A DNA stretch of 62,580 nucleotides, counting the filler, from Collodictyon triciliatum (Eukaryota): the NCBI GenBank assembly GCA_043381765.1. It is 9 parts of 9 records of this genome, joined end to end, with 100 filler letters (N's around TTAATTAATTAA, not from the genome) between each part and the next. Parts side by side here need not be neighbours in the genome. Positions count along the whole stretch, not along the records: positions 22,805 to 30,328 come from JBHJMP010003853.1; positions 30,429 to 37,952 come from JBHJMP010003854.1; 7 more parts are not named here. One strand, given 5' to 3'. The notes under the pieces are model-generated. The model had not been told where the DNA came from. It did not search any database and saw only the letters and a program-made list of their open reading frames with translations. Numbering within the stretch: the first letter of the stretch is position 1; each line of letters opens with the position of its first letter. Positions 25,410 through 38,052 of the stretch are shown one piece after another. The position numbers and the translations under genes were made by a program.

Positions 25410-28400
25410 TCACTTGTCGCTGGTGCGTGGGCGGCTGCGTCCGGTGGCCAGCGGAGGCGAATGCGGGGCATCGGCTGACTCAGTGGCGCGCTTCGGGGTT
25501 TCTTTCGCCTGTGCTTGTGTCTGTATCGGCGCCTGCTTTGGGCCGTGTGGCATGCCGCCCAGCAGGTCCTTCAAAGGCCGGTCCATGCTCGAATCTGCTG
25601 TGGAACCCGCGTTGGACTCCGGCTGCGCTGAAGACGCGCATGTGGTGGTTGGACTCGTCGGCTGTGTGCGCAGTTTCATACCGGGTTGGTCTGTAAGCGA
25701 TTTCGTGTGAGTGCTCCGTGGCATAAAACATCTGCAGGTTGCATACTTTCCTTTCTTCCTTTCTTCTTTCGTTTATCTTTCATAAGCTTTTGTGCAATAG
25801 CGCTTTTCTTTCTTCCTTTCTTTTCTTTTTTCCTTCTTAACATTCGACGTTGGGGTGTTGATTCACCTGGTTGGCTTGATGACGGAGTTGCTGGCTTGAA
25901 GGCGGAGGACTCAGGTTTCGACTCCGTCTCCAGATAAGACTCAATCTCTTTTTGCAAGACCTAAACACGCAAGGCCACGTACATTTGAGAGTTGCCTTGA
26001 AAGCACCATCATCAAAGAAAGAGAAGAGAATAGATTGAATCTTTATTTTCTTTTCGGTATTCGTGCAATACTAGATATATGAATCCAAACTTACTCCTCT
26101 CAAAATGAGTGCAATGTCAAATAAGTCAGAGCCTTTCTGGTTATAGCACATACAGTTTGAGAATATCAGAAGCGCGTCGCGGTAGAACATGCGGTACGAC
26201 TTATAGAACTATGTAATAAAGATAGGACGGAGTGAAGAAGAACATGAACGGTGCACATGTAAGTGTTTTATTCTATTCATAGTATTTATGCATCCCCGCT
26301 TGGAGGCTTAATGGCCTAATAAATAGAAATGTAAATAGAGGCGATAGGAAGATAACACCGCCATTTGAGTGGTCGAATTTTGATCAGTTGTATACCCCAT
26401 CCTCTAAGCGGATGCGCATGGTCGAGAAATCCATGGGTCGCTTCACAAGCTCTCTGTAGTCGGGTGCTTCTTTTGTGGTGACGGGCTCATGGAAGATTCG
26501 CGAGTATTTATGCTGCAGGTTACATATATACATGGGATTTGAAAAATGGGGGGAAATAAAAAAAAATAGTAAAAGAAAAGAAGACAGGAGATGTGTTTGA
26601 ATAAAAATAAAAAAAAAACTGACTTTGTACAGAGTTGTCCATATTTTGAGCATATTGGCAGTCTTCGTCCTTTGGTTTCGAGTATCGTCCGACTCCCTGG
26701 CGAATACATGTGACAGATGTTGGTGTTTGTAGCATACATATTAAATAAATATACACACAATACTGTATGAAATCGAACATTTGTATATCTCACATCAAAA
26801 TATATTGTCAGAGGTCGGTTGCTTCATTTTTTTCATTTTAAAAAACTTTTCATTTTCAATTATTTCCCTCTCCTTAGTATATATGTATAAAATTATACAC
26901 GTTCGTGACAATGCTCGGCGGTGGGGTTAGAATTGTTTCTTGAAGTCGCGTCACTCTTAGCAGCCTATCTTTTGGTGACATGGACTTCAGCCCCAAATCA
27001 CGGATGAGATTCTTTTGCAATATAAACTCGATTGGTTCCCCAGCTGCGTTTACTAAAACATCGTCCTTATCCCTAAGTGTCTATATTTGATGACATTAAC
27101 TCGTCTGCAAATGGAATCAACGCTTATGATATTCTACTTTACATGTATCTATTTTTCTTTATTTTTTTCCATCGATATTATCTTCAGAGCGATATAGAAA
27201 TAAATATTATATCATAGCAACAATAGCAACAATATACATATTAAAGTGGACCACTTACTCGTGGCTCCTTCAAAGGAGGTGTATTGATGCCTTCATCAGC
27301 ACTTTGCTTTTCGCTCCCAGAATCCTTTGTTCCTTTATCTAGCGAAGCGGAAGACCGGCGTTTTCTGGCACTTGAGGGCGGTTTACTCACAGTTGCCATG
27401 CTGGGTTTGACTTTCTCATCGGGTTGTTGAGAATCGGATGCAAATTCATTTTTCTCTGGCCCGGCACAATCCAAACTACATCCTGGGTTTGACTCTATCT
27501 TTTCGTTATGGGAATCATTATTGGGCATCGCTTCTTGTCCAAAGTCGCATTCGTTTTGAAGCACAACATCCAGTTCGATATCCCTCTGCATATCGTCACA
27601 CATGTTATCGCCATCTTTACTTTCTTTAAGGTCGCACACGTCATCGCCACTATCCGTTCTAAGGTCGATGTATGACACTTCAGAATTCTGGACGGCCTGG
27701 GAAAGAACAATACAGCTTTTGTCTTGAAGAATTTCTGGTATTGATTGACCTTCCAAGCTGCTTTCACTCTTTACAAGTTTGGAGGGTGAGCCGGAATCTC
27801 TGTTGGAATCATTTTGTTTGACTTTCTGACAATTTAAAATGTTGCTTTCTTCTCTTTGAATTTGATCAGTTCCCTGTGAAAAGTGTGAATTTGCTTCTTT
27901 GCTCTTTTCTATAGAATGTATGCTTGTGATAATATTGTCTTTAACTTCTTGCGCAGGTATGTCGTCTACACGAACGCTAGCATCTGTCAATTCGTCTCGA
28001 ATGGAATCCATACTCGGTTGGTTTTCTGTGGTAGGCGGGTTATTAGAGACAACCGAAGGTTCCTTGTTGGGATTCGCCTTTGTATTTTCTGATTCCTCAA
28101 AATGATTTTCTTCCTGGTTGTTGTTTGCTAAAAGTTTGCTTGGAGAATCGACCGTGGCGCTAGCGGGACTGAATAACCGCTCGCTCTTCAAACCCTGAAG
28201 ATCTGATGTGACACTCAATTCCAATGTACTATTGTTTTCCTCTGCAGTTTTTTCATCGGAAACCAATCGGTTTTCTTGCATATGATCTGAATCTGATGAA
28301 CTTATTAGCGTTTGACTATAGTTACGCTCACCTTCGCCTTTTGTGTCGCCAGTTTCATCTTCGCCGAACGATTTTTTGTCATAAACCTCAACAGTTGTAC

Positions 28401-29950
28401 TTGGACCGGATGTCTTTGTCTCTTGATAATTTTCGTCCGGTTCCGTCGAATCATGTAATACCTGATTAGAGGGTCCACTCGTCAAATTTGTATCTGACAT
28501 GACATCCGAACTCTTTACTTGTTCAGTGGCTACACTTTCTGGCTCATCTGTTGTCATGATTGGGAGATCACAAGCCATCGATGTGTCAGTGTTAGTATCC
28601 AGGGCAAGATGATCGACCTCAGGTGTCTTCTTTTCAGAACAGTCTTCCAATTTTTCTTTCTTTTCTAGATAGATTCAAAAAAAAAAAGTCTTCTGTTATT
28701 AACAAGTAGAATTTATAGACATTTATATGTATATTTTTTTTAATCGTTCCAAAATAAAGAATGAGACTATTTTTGAAGTTCTCAAACCCAGATTTTCCAT
28801 TTCCGTGTGTTCAGCTCTATCTTTACTGGCCTCACTGTCTCCACTTGTTTCAGTGTTGATAGAACGACGCCCAAAATACGGTATTTGCGGCACTTTCTCG
28901 GTGTCTTTTAGGATTTCTTCGATGTTTTCGTCACATAACCCAGAGCGGACAGACGAAATGTCATCTTGCAATAGTCTATGTTGTGGATTCCCCAGAAGCC
29001 ACAAGGTAAGTATAATATACAATTCAGATGGATGCAATCATTAAAATTATCGATGGCAAGAGTTAGAGGTTACTTGATTATATTCTCGCAACCCTTCAAG
29101 GACTCAAAAATCTGAAACATCCTTTCCGCTCGAAGTGCAAATGCAGCCTTCTCTAACTGACCTTTTAAAAAATAAAATACAATCACACAATTTTTTAAAA
29201 AAAAAAAAAAATACACATGATTCAACACCAATACAATTACTTCAAAAAGTTCCTTTACATTACCTCTACTGAACCTCAGCGATCTTTTCTCCCTAAATTA
29301 AAGGCAAAATAGTTTTTGAGCATGCGTTGATCGAAAAAATGGCCGAATATTTTCCTTTTGCTTTTCACTACTCACATTATCCTGTCCACAAATTCGCCAT
29401 GCAAAATTTCAAGATACTTAGCTTCACAATCCTATCATGATGGAAAATGAATGTTAGGAGCTATTAATACTAATTGAGTATATCATTCTTGTTTCATTCA
29501 ATATTCCAATTGAATATAAGAGCAAAGAAAGATGACCGTTTGGATTTAACATAGAAAGCGATATTTTTATTTAACAACACTAGTAAATGGTGATGTGCTG
29601 CAACTAAAACATATATTATCTAATAAATAAATAAATAAAAAAACAGGAAATAGTATCATTTGAAGATAAAGAAGGAACACTCGTCTTGGTTTCGAGGTGA
29701 AAGGGGAGAAACATAAACATAGATGAATTGCACCTCTGGTGTATAGAAAATGGATTCACGCAGGTCATCCTCGATACTAGATGGGATGTGGAATGCCTGG
29801 CACACTGCTGCCCAGTTGCTTGTGCCATACTTGTGAACAGCCTATTACATAAATTGCATACCCAATTAGATTCAAGCTGTTTTTTTTCTTCGACACAGTT
29901 TTATTGCAGAGAAGAATTAACGGCGGATTTAGCCATTAATAGAAGACTTA

Positions 29951-29989
<39 letters not shown>

Positions 29990-30316
29990 ACAAATAAATA
30001 AATCAACAAACTAACAAATCAACAAATAAATTAATAAATTAATAAATCAACAAATAAATAAATAAATACAATGAGAAAAGTACAGAAAGAACAGAAAAGA
30101 AAGTCAATTCTTCTGGAAATATAAAAACAAAGGAGTGAGGAGATCTCGAGGCCGACGAAGGTGCAGCTGTCTCCTTCAATCAGGCTGCCGTACCTGAACA
30201 AGAACAAGAAGCTCCTTCACCGACCAATCGTCCAAAGCTCGCTCTTGTGGCGGGCCGCAGATTACATAAGAGAGCGATTTGTCCTGTGTTTTTCCCTCGC
30301 ACTCTTCAAAGTCCAT
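25410..30316 (-). CDS. BRD8-like protein: N-terminal SANT/Myb-like domain, long acidic exon, bromodomain
   Basis: DDWSVKELLVLVQ|AVHKYGTSNWAAVC...DCEAKY, then bromodomain HKYSRIFHEPVTTKEAPDYRELVKRPMDFSTM...RDALLIFSNCMCYN. Confidence 0.85.
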
Positions 30317-30428
30317 CGTACTACCCCCNNNNNNNNNNNNNNNNNNNNNNNNNNNNNNNNNNNNNNNNNNNNTTAATTAATTAANNNNNNNNNNNNNNNN
30401 NNNNNNNNNNNNNNNNNNNNNNNNNNNN

Positions 30429-30515
<87 letters not shown>

Positions 30516-30689
30516 CCATATTATCCCCACCAATAGTATTCCATTTTGAAGGGAATAAAGCTCAGCTCAATCGACACGAGGTCATCTAGATTATTATATA
30601 TTTAAAAATTATCATATTCACCTCAATGAATAATGTCAATAAAACAAAATAACATTCATCAGCGTGATACACAGCAAAGCAGGGGTTGA

Positions 30690-31648
30690 TTACCCAATAT
30701 ATCTGCCAATAAAGAGGATCTTGAGTTGAGACCATATAGAGCAAGGTATGCCTTGGCAGTAATCGGCGTTGCCGTTGTATCCCCCTAATTTATATACATC
30801 AGATGCAATACAACGAAGCTAAAAAGCATTTTCATGGCACACTGACTTTGACAAACGTGACTGCTATAAATGGTTTTCTTTCGAAGCCATCCCAATAAGT
30901 TCCGGACTTGATCGAAGAGACCTCTGCTTCTATGTTTACGAAAAGAAAAAAGAAGTAAAGAAACTCAAACGGATGAGGATATAGAAAGGCCAATGACAAT
31001 AACAATAACAATAACAATAACAATAACAATAACAATAACAATAAATAAATAAATAAATAAATAAATAGGGAAATGCCACGCAGCTGCATTAACTTAAATA
31101 AAAATGAATAAATCGACGAGAATGAGGGCGCAAGATATACCACTCCATCTCTCCTGGGGGAACTCTGCGCGTTCAAAGACGATGCCGTGGGCAGCTGCCG
31201 ATCGATTCCGCGCAAACAGAGCGTAGAGTCGTCCTGTGTCACCGATAAGAACGGTTCGTCCCAAGGCCGTGGATGTTTTTTCGTCTCCGTCTAGTCGGAT
31301 CGAAGAGTGCACAGCGGCGATCGGATGTGTCCCGATAATAGTTTGAAGCTCGGTGCGATGTGCCAAAGTGAGGGGACACCCGTTCATGACTCGCAGGCGG
31401 ACAAGAGACGGTGTTTTACTGCGTTGATTGGATCAGACCCACCTGAAGCGCCCCTGCGCTAGACAAACGGTGGCCCGATCAATAGCGGCGTCTTTGTTGT
31501 TGTTGTTGTTGAAAGCTTGTTGAAAGCTTGTTGAGCGCTTTCGTTCTCCTTTACCGCGTTCTGACTTTACCGGCGGCTTTGGTGTCCCGCGCAGGTCTCC
31601 CAGTAATGTTTGTTTTATTTCTTTCACCCGCGCTTGGCTCCCTTTCAT
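30690..31648 (-). CDS. Hypothetical multi-exon protein, 3' part probably lost at contig end
   Basis: MKGSQARVKEIKQ...GRFR|KTPSLVRLRVMNGCP...ERWSG|AEVSSIKSGTYWDGFERKPFIAVTF, with GT-AG boundaries. Confidence 0.5.
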
Positions 31649-31738
31649 GACCTTTTTCTTTTTTTTATCACTTTGTTTTTTTATTTTATTTTGTCTTTGT
31701 CTGCTGTGCTTATTCTTTCTCTCACTCCATCTCTCTTT

Positions 31739-31740
<2 letters not shown>

Positions 31741-31815
<75 letters not shown>
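31741..31815. repeat. (TG)n microsatellite
   Basis: Direct reading. Confidence 0.95.
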
Positions 31816-31816
<1 letters not shown>

Positions 31817-31880
31817 ACACACAGAAGGCTGCCCATTGCTTGCTTGAGGCCGCCTTTGGCATCGTTTGTAAGATGTTGTC

Positions 31881-34800
31881 TCACTCGTAAGTGATGATGA
31901 AGCTGGGGTACGCAAAGATTCCATTGTATGCTATGAGCCAAGTCATCGAATCAGTACTGTAAACACAAATAAAGTGTCGAAGGGCATGGTTCACTTCCTT
32001 TTTATTTCGCGATTATTACATTTATAATTATATTAATATAGAATTTTAAAAAAATAAGAAAAAGAGAGAGCCTACATCCGAAAGGTTGAGATAAATCTTA
32101 CAATGAATGATTAAAACGGAAATACGAATGTCAGTCTGCATCGTTACAGTCTGATGACTTAAATACTCACCTGTGCTTGTCGAAACCTCTTGTAAATCTT
32201 CCGACGATGACACATCTTTTGTCTCTGCGTTTATCTTTAACTCTCCTAGTCTGAGAGTCCCGTCGGATGGTATATGAACGGAACTGTTGATGATAGCTTC
32301 AACAAAAATAATTTTTTTGTGTCCGTTTCCGACATTGAATCGCTGACGGTTGGAGTAGGATGCATTTGTCGAAAAGTGTGGTTCCAAGCCTAACGTTTTA
32401 CGGCACAAGATTGTTCCCGTTACATAATAAAACAAATGAAAGCGTTTATCATTATCATGATTATTTTAGACAAACAAAACAATTGTAGGATTCACCTCTC
32501 GTTTCTGATTCACGCAATAGTATACGAAGTGCATCATTTTCTTCACCCCTAAAACTTGTTTCGGGGTCTGCACTTCCTGGTCCGTAGAAGAGGTGTTTTG
32601 CAGTGAAGGTCATTCCGGGTCTATCAGTCGATGATATTTTGAGATACAAAAATCTGTCCCACATGGCTTTGTTTTGGATTCTTTGAATAGCAACAACTCT
32701 TTTACTACCAAGAGTTTCATTGAATTTCTCCGTTATTTGTTTCCACTCGTTGGAATCGGTTTTAACTTCAGCCAAGTGGAAGTTTTCTGTTTGAGCGTCC
32801 CAGCCGATGGAAAAATTAAGAGTGTTAGAGTATTCAATATCGTATATTTTTTTAGCCTGTTCCATAATGTCAATCTTAGCGCGCATAGTTTTTTCACGCG
32901 CACCTCGAATAACGACACATGTGCTTTTCGCTGCAGTCTTAGTGGATATGGTAACTTCAACTAAATTATCATTAACTATAGACTCGATTAGGGAACTCAG
33001 CTTTTGATCTGTTTTAGGTAATGGAATTACTGTTTCCATAGTTTCTGTCATTCCATCAATACTTTCCAGGACCCTGGCCACTGCATCGTCCAAAAATTTT
33101 TGTCGGTGTGTAATCTTCAAGCAATAGTCTCTTTTTATTGTTTTATTGGCTACTTGGTCTTCTTCATCAGATTCTTCATCGTATTCTAATCCAGCACATC
33201 CCTCATTCCTTTCTCTAATCGCCATAGGAGTAGTTTTCCTATTCTCCGGAACCACGTATTCTTTGCAATTTAAAGACACATCATAGTTGGACTCTACGTG
33301 GGTCTGCTTCATCTCTTTAAAACTGAATATGTATTTTTCTACATTTTTGGAAACTCCATCATCAATATATAAAGTCGCATTCTCCAAGCCAAGTTGATGC
33401 AGTTGGTCGATTAAGCGATTTGAGGTTTTTTCGAACGGGACAAAACTCCCATAATTAGAGCTTCTATACCATATATTTTTTGGTGTATCATTCTCTATAA
33501 TATCAATCTTTGACGGTTTGTATCTTCGGATTTTTCTATCTGAAAGCATTTCATCAATTTTCTGGGACAACTCAGATATAAATCCAACATCCGAGTCCAC
33601 AAACCGAACAATATCAAATGGAGACTCAGCTTCATCCGATATAAATGAAGTCAGGGATTTGATAAATGCATGAATAATCGCGGCACGTTCAACTCCCTCC
33701 AGTTCTCTGATATTTGGAACAGCAAGCGTCCTAATACCATTTCTCTTGGCCTCTTTAAAAACATTCAAGAAGCTTTTCATGAAGGAATCATAAATATAAG
33801 AGGATGGAGTATCAACTTGGAACATTGGGGTCACAGAACAAATAACGTGTCTACATTTTTTATCATCGGGTCTGAAAATAACCGCTGTTCTTGATTCCAA
33901 GGGCCCGTTTCTTTCGATGTAGGATATACAGTCGTTACAAAATTTTGCCCCGTATGCGATACAAATTTTGGAGGCTATCTCACCACCATGCTGTAGATAG
34001 TTATCTGTGTTAGATACGATTGCTTCCATCTCAACATCATGAACGATATCCCCAACTCTGACTTGTAGTAGCAATCCATTTTCAAAACTAATTTGCTGAA
34101 CTAACCCCGTCAAATGACGATCATAATCATAAATGATATCAGTCTCTAGCATCTCAGTATCAATATCGGCCAGTGACGATCTTATTTTGGTCCACCGTTC
34201 TGTTTTTATGCAACCCGCTTGATATGGTTTGAGTTTGACATTTTTTGTGTGGATTGACTGTTGGACCTTCTTGATGTAGCTCTCCAACTTATCTTTTATT
34301 TCGCTATGAGTTTTAGATTTTCCTTTGACTTTAATTTCTACCGTTTTCATAGATTGCTGGTCTTTTTTTGAAGTCCACGTGCAGGTAGGATGGCAAAGCC
34401 CATTCAATTTTTCTATGGTTTCTTTGTGATGGCAGATTATCTTGTGTATAGCATATCCTTCTACGTAAAAAGTTGATTCGTTTTCGGTCACAACAGCTTG
34501 GTATTTTTTGATTTTATCAACTGCATCACTTATCAGATCTGTAATGGACGGGTCTAAAAAATATACACACAGTGTATTCTTTTTATATTTCAGAGAATGC
34601 CCTGGATTTGCGTTATAATTTACCCAGATATCCGCAAATTCATGGATTTTTTTTGGGCGCTTCGTCTTGGTTGATTCATCATAGAAGAAAAACATATCAG
34701 TTTCCCTTAAATTTAACTCGAAAGTAAGTGCGATAGGCCTAAAGTATTTTTTAAACGGGCTGGAATCTGGCTTACTAATTTCCTGGTTTTTTTCTGGCAA

Positions 34801-37407
34801 GGAACATTCAGTAACGATTTCCTGCTCCTCATAATTTAGCCGTCTTTTAATTTCCTGAACATCAGCTTGATAGCCAGAGTATCGAACCAGACATTTTGAT
34901 GTCTTTTCTTCGCCGTCCCCCAGAGGAACTATCTTGTAACTACACCCCTTTTTGGCCAGGTATCGCTTCAAAATATCGACATGCTGAAGTTTCCAATCTG
35001 ATGTGGTATAATCCTCTTCATAGCCAACAAGAGCGAAAATTTTCTCTTCACTCAGAATCCATGCAGTCTCGGCATCAGACGGTATAATGAGGGAAATATT
35101 AAATTCCCCATTTTTGTCTCTCTTAAAAAAATAACCACCGGCATACGTGTCACAAATTCCTTTTAAACATTTGCAACTATCGTCCAATAAAAATGATAAC
35201 TTAAGATTGAATGATGTAGAGTTCTTTTCTTTTTCAGGGTTCCTCCGAATCACTATAGGTGATGAAAATTTGATGTATAACATTTTTGTGACCAGATTGT
35301 GCGAAACCTGATGACCAGAGCTACGAAATGCAGGAGACAAATAAAAGCTGGCATATTCACAATTACTCTTAAAATAATTGAATTTCTCCCTCAAAGTGAC
35401 TATTAGCTCCTTTAATTCAGCTTCATCTTTGGACAGGCAGATGATATGGATCTGTATCCTTTTTGATTTTTCATCACCAACATTTTCGAGTTGAGATACA
35501 TCAAATGATATAAATTTATCTTTTCGGACACCCTGAAGCTGGTTTTTTGCGAATCTTATGTCATCCTTAATCGTTTCTGTTTCTGGAATTTGAATAATCT
35601 CTTCAATTTTTGTCAATGAATGCAGTAATTCGATGACATACAGAACACCGGTCTCGTTCCCTCCAATAGTGTAAATATTTGTCTCTGGAGAATACTGCAT
35701 GAAAATGTTGTTAGCTTTTTGAAGTTCTGCCCTATAAATGGAGGTCCAACTTATCCAAATGGATTTTGCGACCAGTTCAACTTGGTGATTTTGTCTAGGT
35801 GAGTGAATTCCTTTCGGAGGTTGTCGAAGGTGAAGGGTAGGGCCAGAATCTGAATTAGGAGGTGTGTAGGACGAGATGAATTTAATAGCAGCATCGATGT
35901 GTTCCTCATCAAAACTGACCAAATCTCCATCCATGTGATCTGTCTTATAGTATTTTTGGACTTTTTCTTTTAAATCCTCTGCGATCTGCATATCAAATTT
36001 TCTTCTGACAGATACCATAGAGCGCATAGCTGTGCTTCTGAGTAAAGAAAATATTGGGTCAAACGCACCACAGAAGGTAATGCTCACTGGATATAAAGTT
36101 TTTTGAACGATGACATCAAACTCTGATTCTATTGATCTTAAGATATCTGCCTTTTCCGAAATAAAATGCATTCCTAGCGATGGAGGGTAATTGAATGATT
36201 CAAGTGTCATCTTTATATTCAATTTGGATGAGATATATGCTTTTATTTTGTTGGCACCGGCTGTAGAGAAAGGCGATTCCGGAGTGTATTTAGAGACTAA
36301 AATATCTGAAATATATTTTTGGCACTGAACACCAAAAATATTTAAATTTTCGATACTACCACATTCTTGCAAATATGCTTTATGGGTCTTTCCAATAATT
36401 TTTATAACAGCTAGAACAGCTTCGTTCCAAGATGATTCTCCACGGTTAAGGATAACAACACAAATTCTCGAGTATAGAAGCGATGGTGTTGATTTGTATC
36501 CCAGAGGTGGAAAAACACTGATTTTTTTTCCTTTGACGTGAATAAACACAGTTTCTTCATTGGGGTTTATTGACTTCAATTTTTTATAAGTTTGGATGGC
36601 TCTTGCATTGGAATCGAATATGATGAACATGAACTTGCCTTCTACTTTTGGAATATCAGTAGCAGCCACACATGATGGAAACTTTTCCATCACATCGAAT
36701 TTAGTGAAGTCAACCTCTTGCAAGTTTTCAATTTTGAGCTTTATTTTACCATTAGAATTTGGGGCTGGTTTAGGAGAGTATCCTTTCATATCTGCTTCGC
36801 AGTTCTCTTCCGGTTCATATTCGTTCTCATTATCAGTGTTCGGTGTTGATGCCCCGTTATTTTCTCCATAATCCTCAACCAAATTGTCTTCTTTGGCTTT
36901 AAAATTTGGGATCGTAGTTTCCTCATCGACATCTTCATCTCCATCAGAGACCCTTGTCATATTGGTCCCTTCAGCATGGTATAGCTCTTCTACGAGTTCT
37001 TTGCGCTCCTCATCTTGCTCTTCATCTTCATCTTCGTCTTGGTATTCATTTTCATCTTCGTCTTCATCTTCATCTTCATCTTCATCTTCGTCTTGGTATT
37101 CATTTTCATCTTCGTCTTCATCTTCATCTTCATCTTGGTATTCATCTCCATCTTCTTCATCTTTATGCCCATCTTCGCCATCATCATAACTATAGGCTGT
37201 TGTGTTCGATTCTTCACTCTTGGTTTGCTCTTCCTCTTCTAGTCCAATTTCGTTATCTTCCTCAAATTCAGAATGGCATTCACTCTCCTCTTTATTCTTA
37301 ACTTCGTTTTCTTCACGAGAATGCATAGATGTAGTGACTTTTATGTATCCTTCTGCTCGATTTTCTTCATGCCAGCGCTCAAATATATTGGAAGGCATAC
37401 TTTCCAT
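31881..37407 (-). CDS. PARP14/PARP9-like macro-WWE-PARP protein with degenerate active site; one ~4.9-kb exon plus two small 3' exons
   Basis: Acidic N-terminus, KH-like segments, macro domain (VRVGDIV...EAIVSNTDNYLQHGGEIASKI), WWE-like NIWYRSSNYGSFVPFEK, and PARP fold (IQRIQNKAMWDRF...KHLFYG...PHFSTNASYS...KKIIFVEAI...AYPSFIITYE*). Confidence 0.85.
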
Positions 37408-37667
37408 GGTATTACTGTTGTATGGATGGTAATATGTCCCTAATATTGCAGTTTTGGTAAATTTGAGTTCAATATTTTCGTCAGGTTAAAAAGAAAAAGT
37501 GTACTTCAAATCAAGCTAGAAAAATATACAACAGGTGTGTGGGTCATAATTGTCCTAATAAACCCGGTTTAAAATAAGTAAAAGGTTATTTTGGGTCTTA
37601 CGATCTTCTCTTGAAACTGAAGCATGTGAGCCCTACATAGAGAATTTTTAACCTTAAGTTTGATTTA

Positions 37668-37687
37668 CTTTGAATCGAATAAAAGGG
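37668..37687 (+). mobile_element. Probable degenerate sixth copy of the hairpin element
   Basis: CTTTGAATCGAATAAAAGG with no A-tail. Flanks AACCTTAAGTTTG / AACCCTTAATTG may be an eroded TSD. Confidence 0.45.
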
Positions 37688-38052
37688 GCAACCCTTAATT
37701 GCGTTTTCATAAAATTCAATATTGCTATACTGATGCGGGATACATACAAAGTCCGTGGTCTGGCCGGCTGAAATATCATATTGGCGAGGAGAAAATTGCC
37801 CTTTTCTCCGATGTAGCTGCATTAGAGTCTGTGATTGCCAATCGAATATATTTTTGTCACGACAGGCGAAAGTATACTAAATTCAAAAAGGGGGATGAGA
37901 AGAAGAAGAAGAAGAAGAAGAAGAAGAAGAAGAAGAAGAAGAAGAAGAAGAANNNNNNNNNNNNNNNNNNNNNNNNNNNNNNNNNNNNNNNNNNNNTTAA
38001 TTAATTAANNNNNNNNNNNNNNNNNNNNNNNNNNNNNNNNNNNNNNNNNNNN

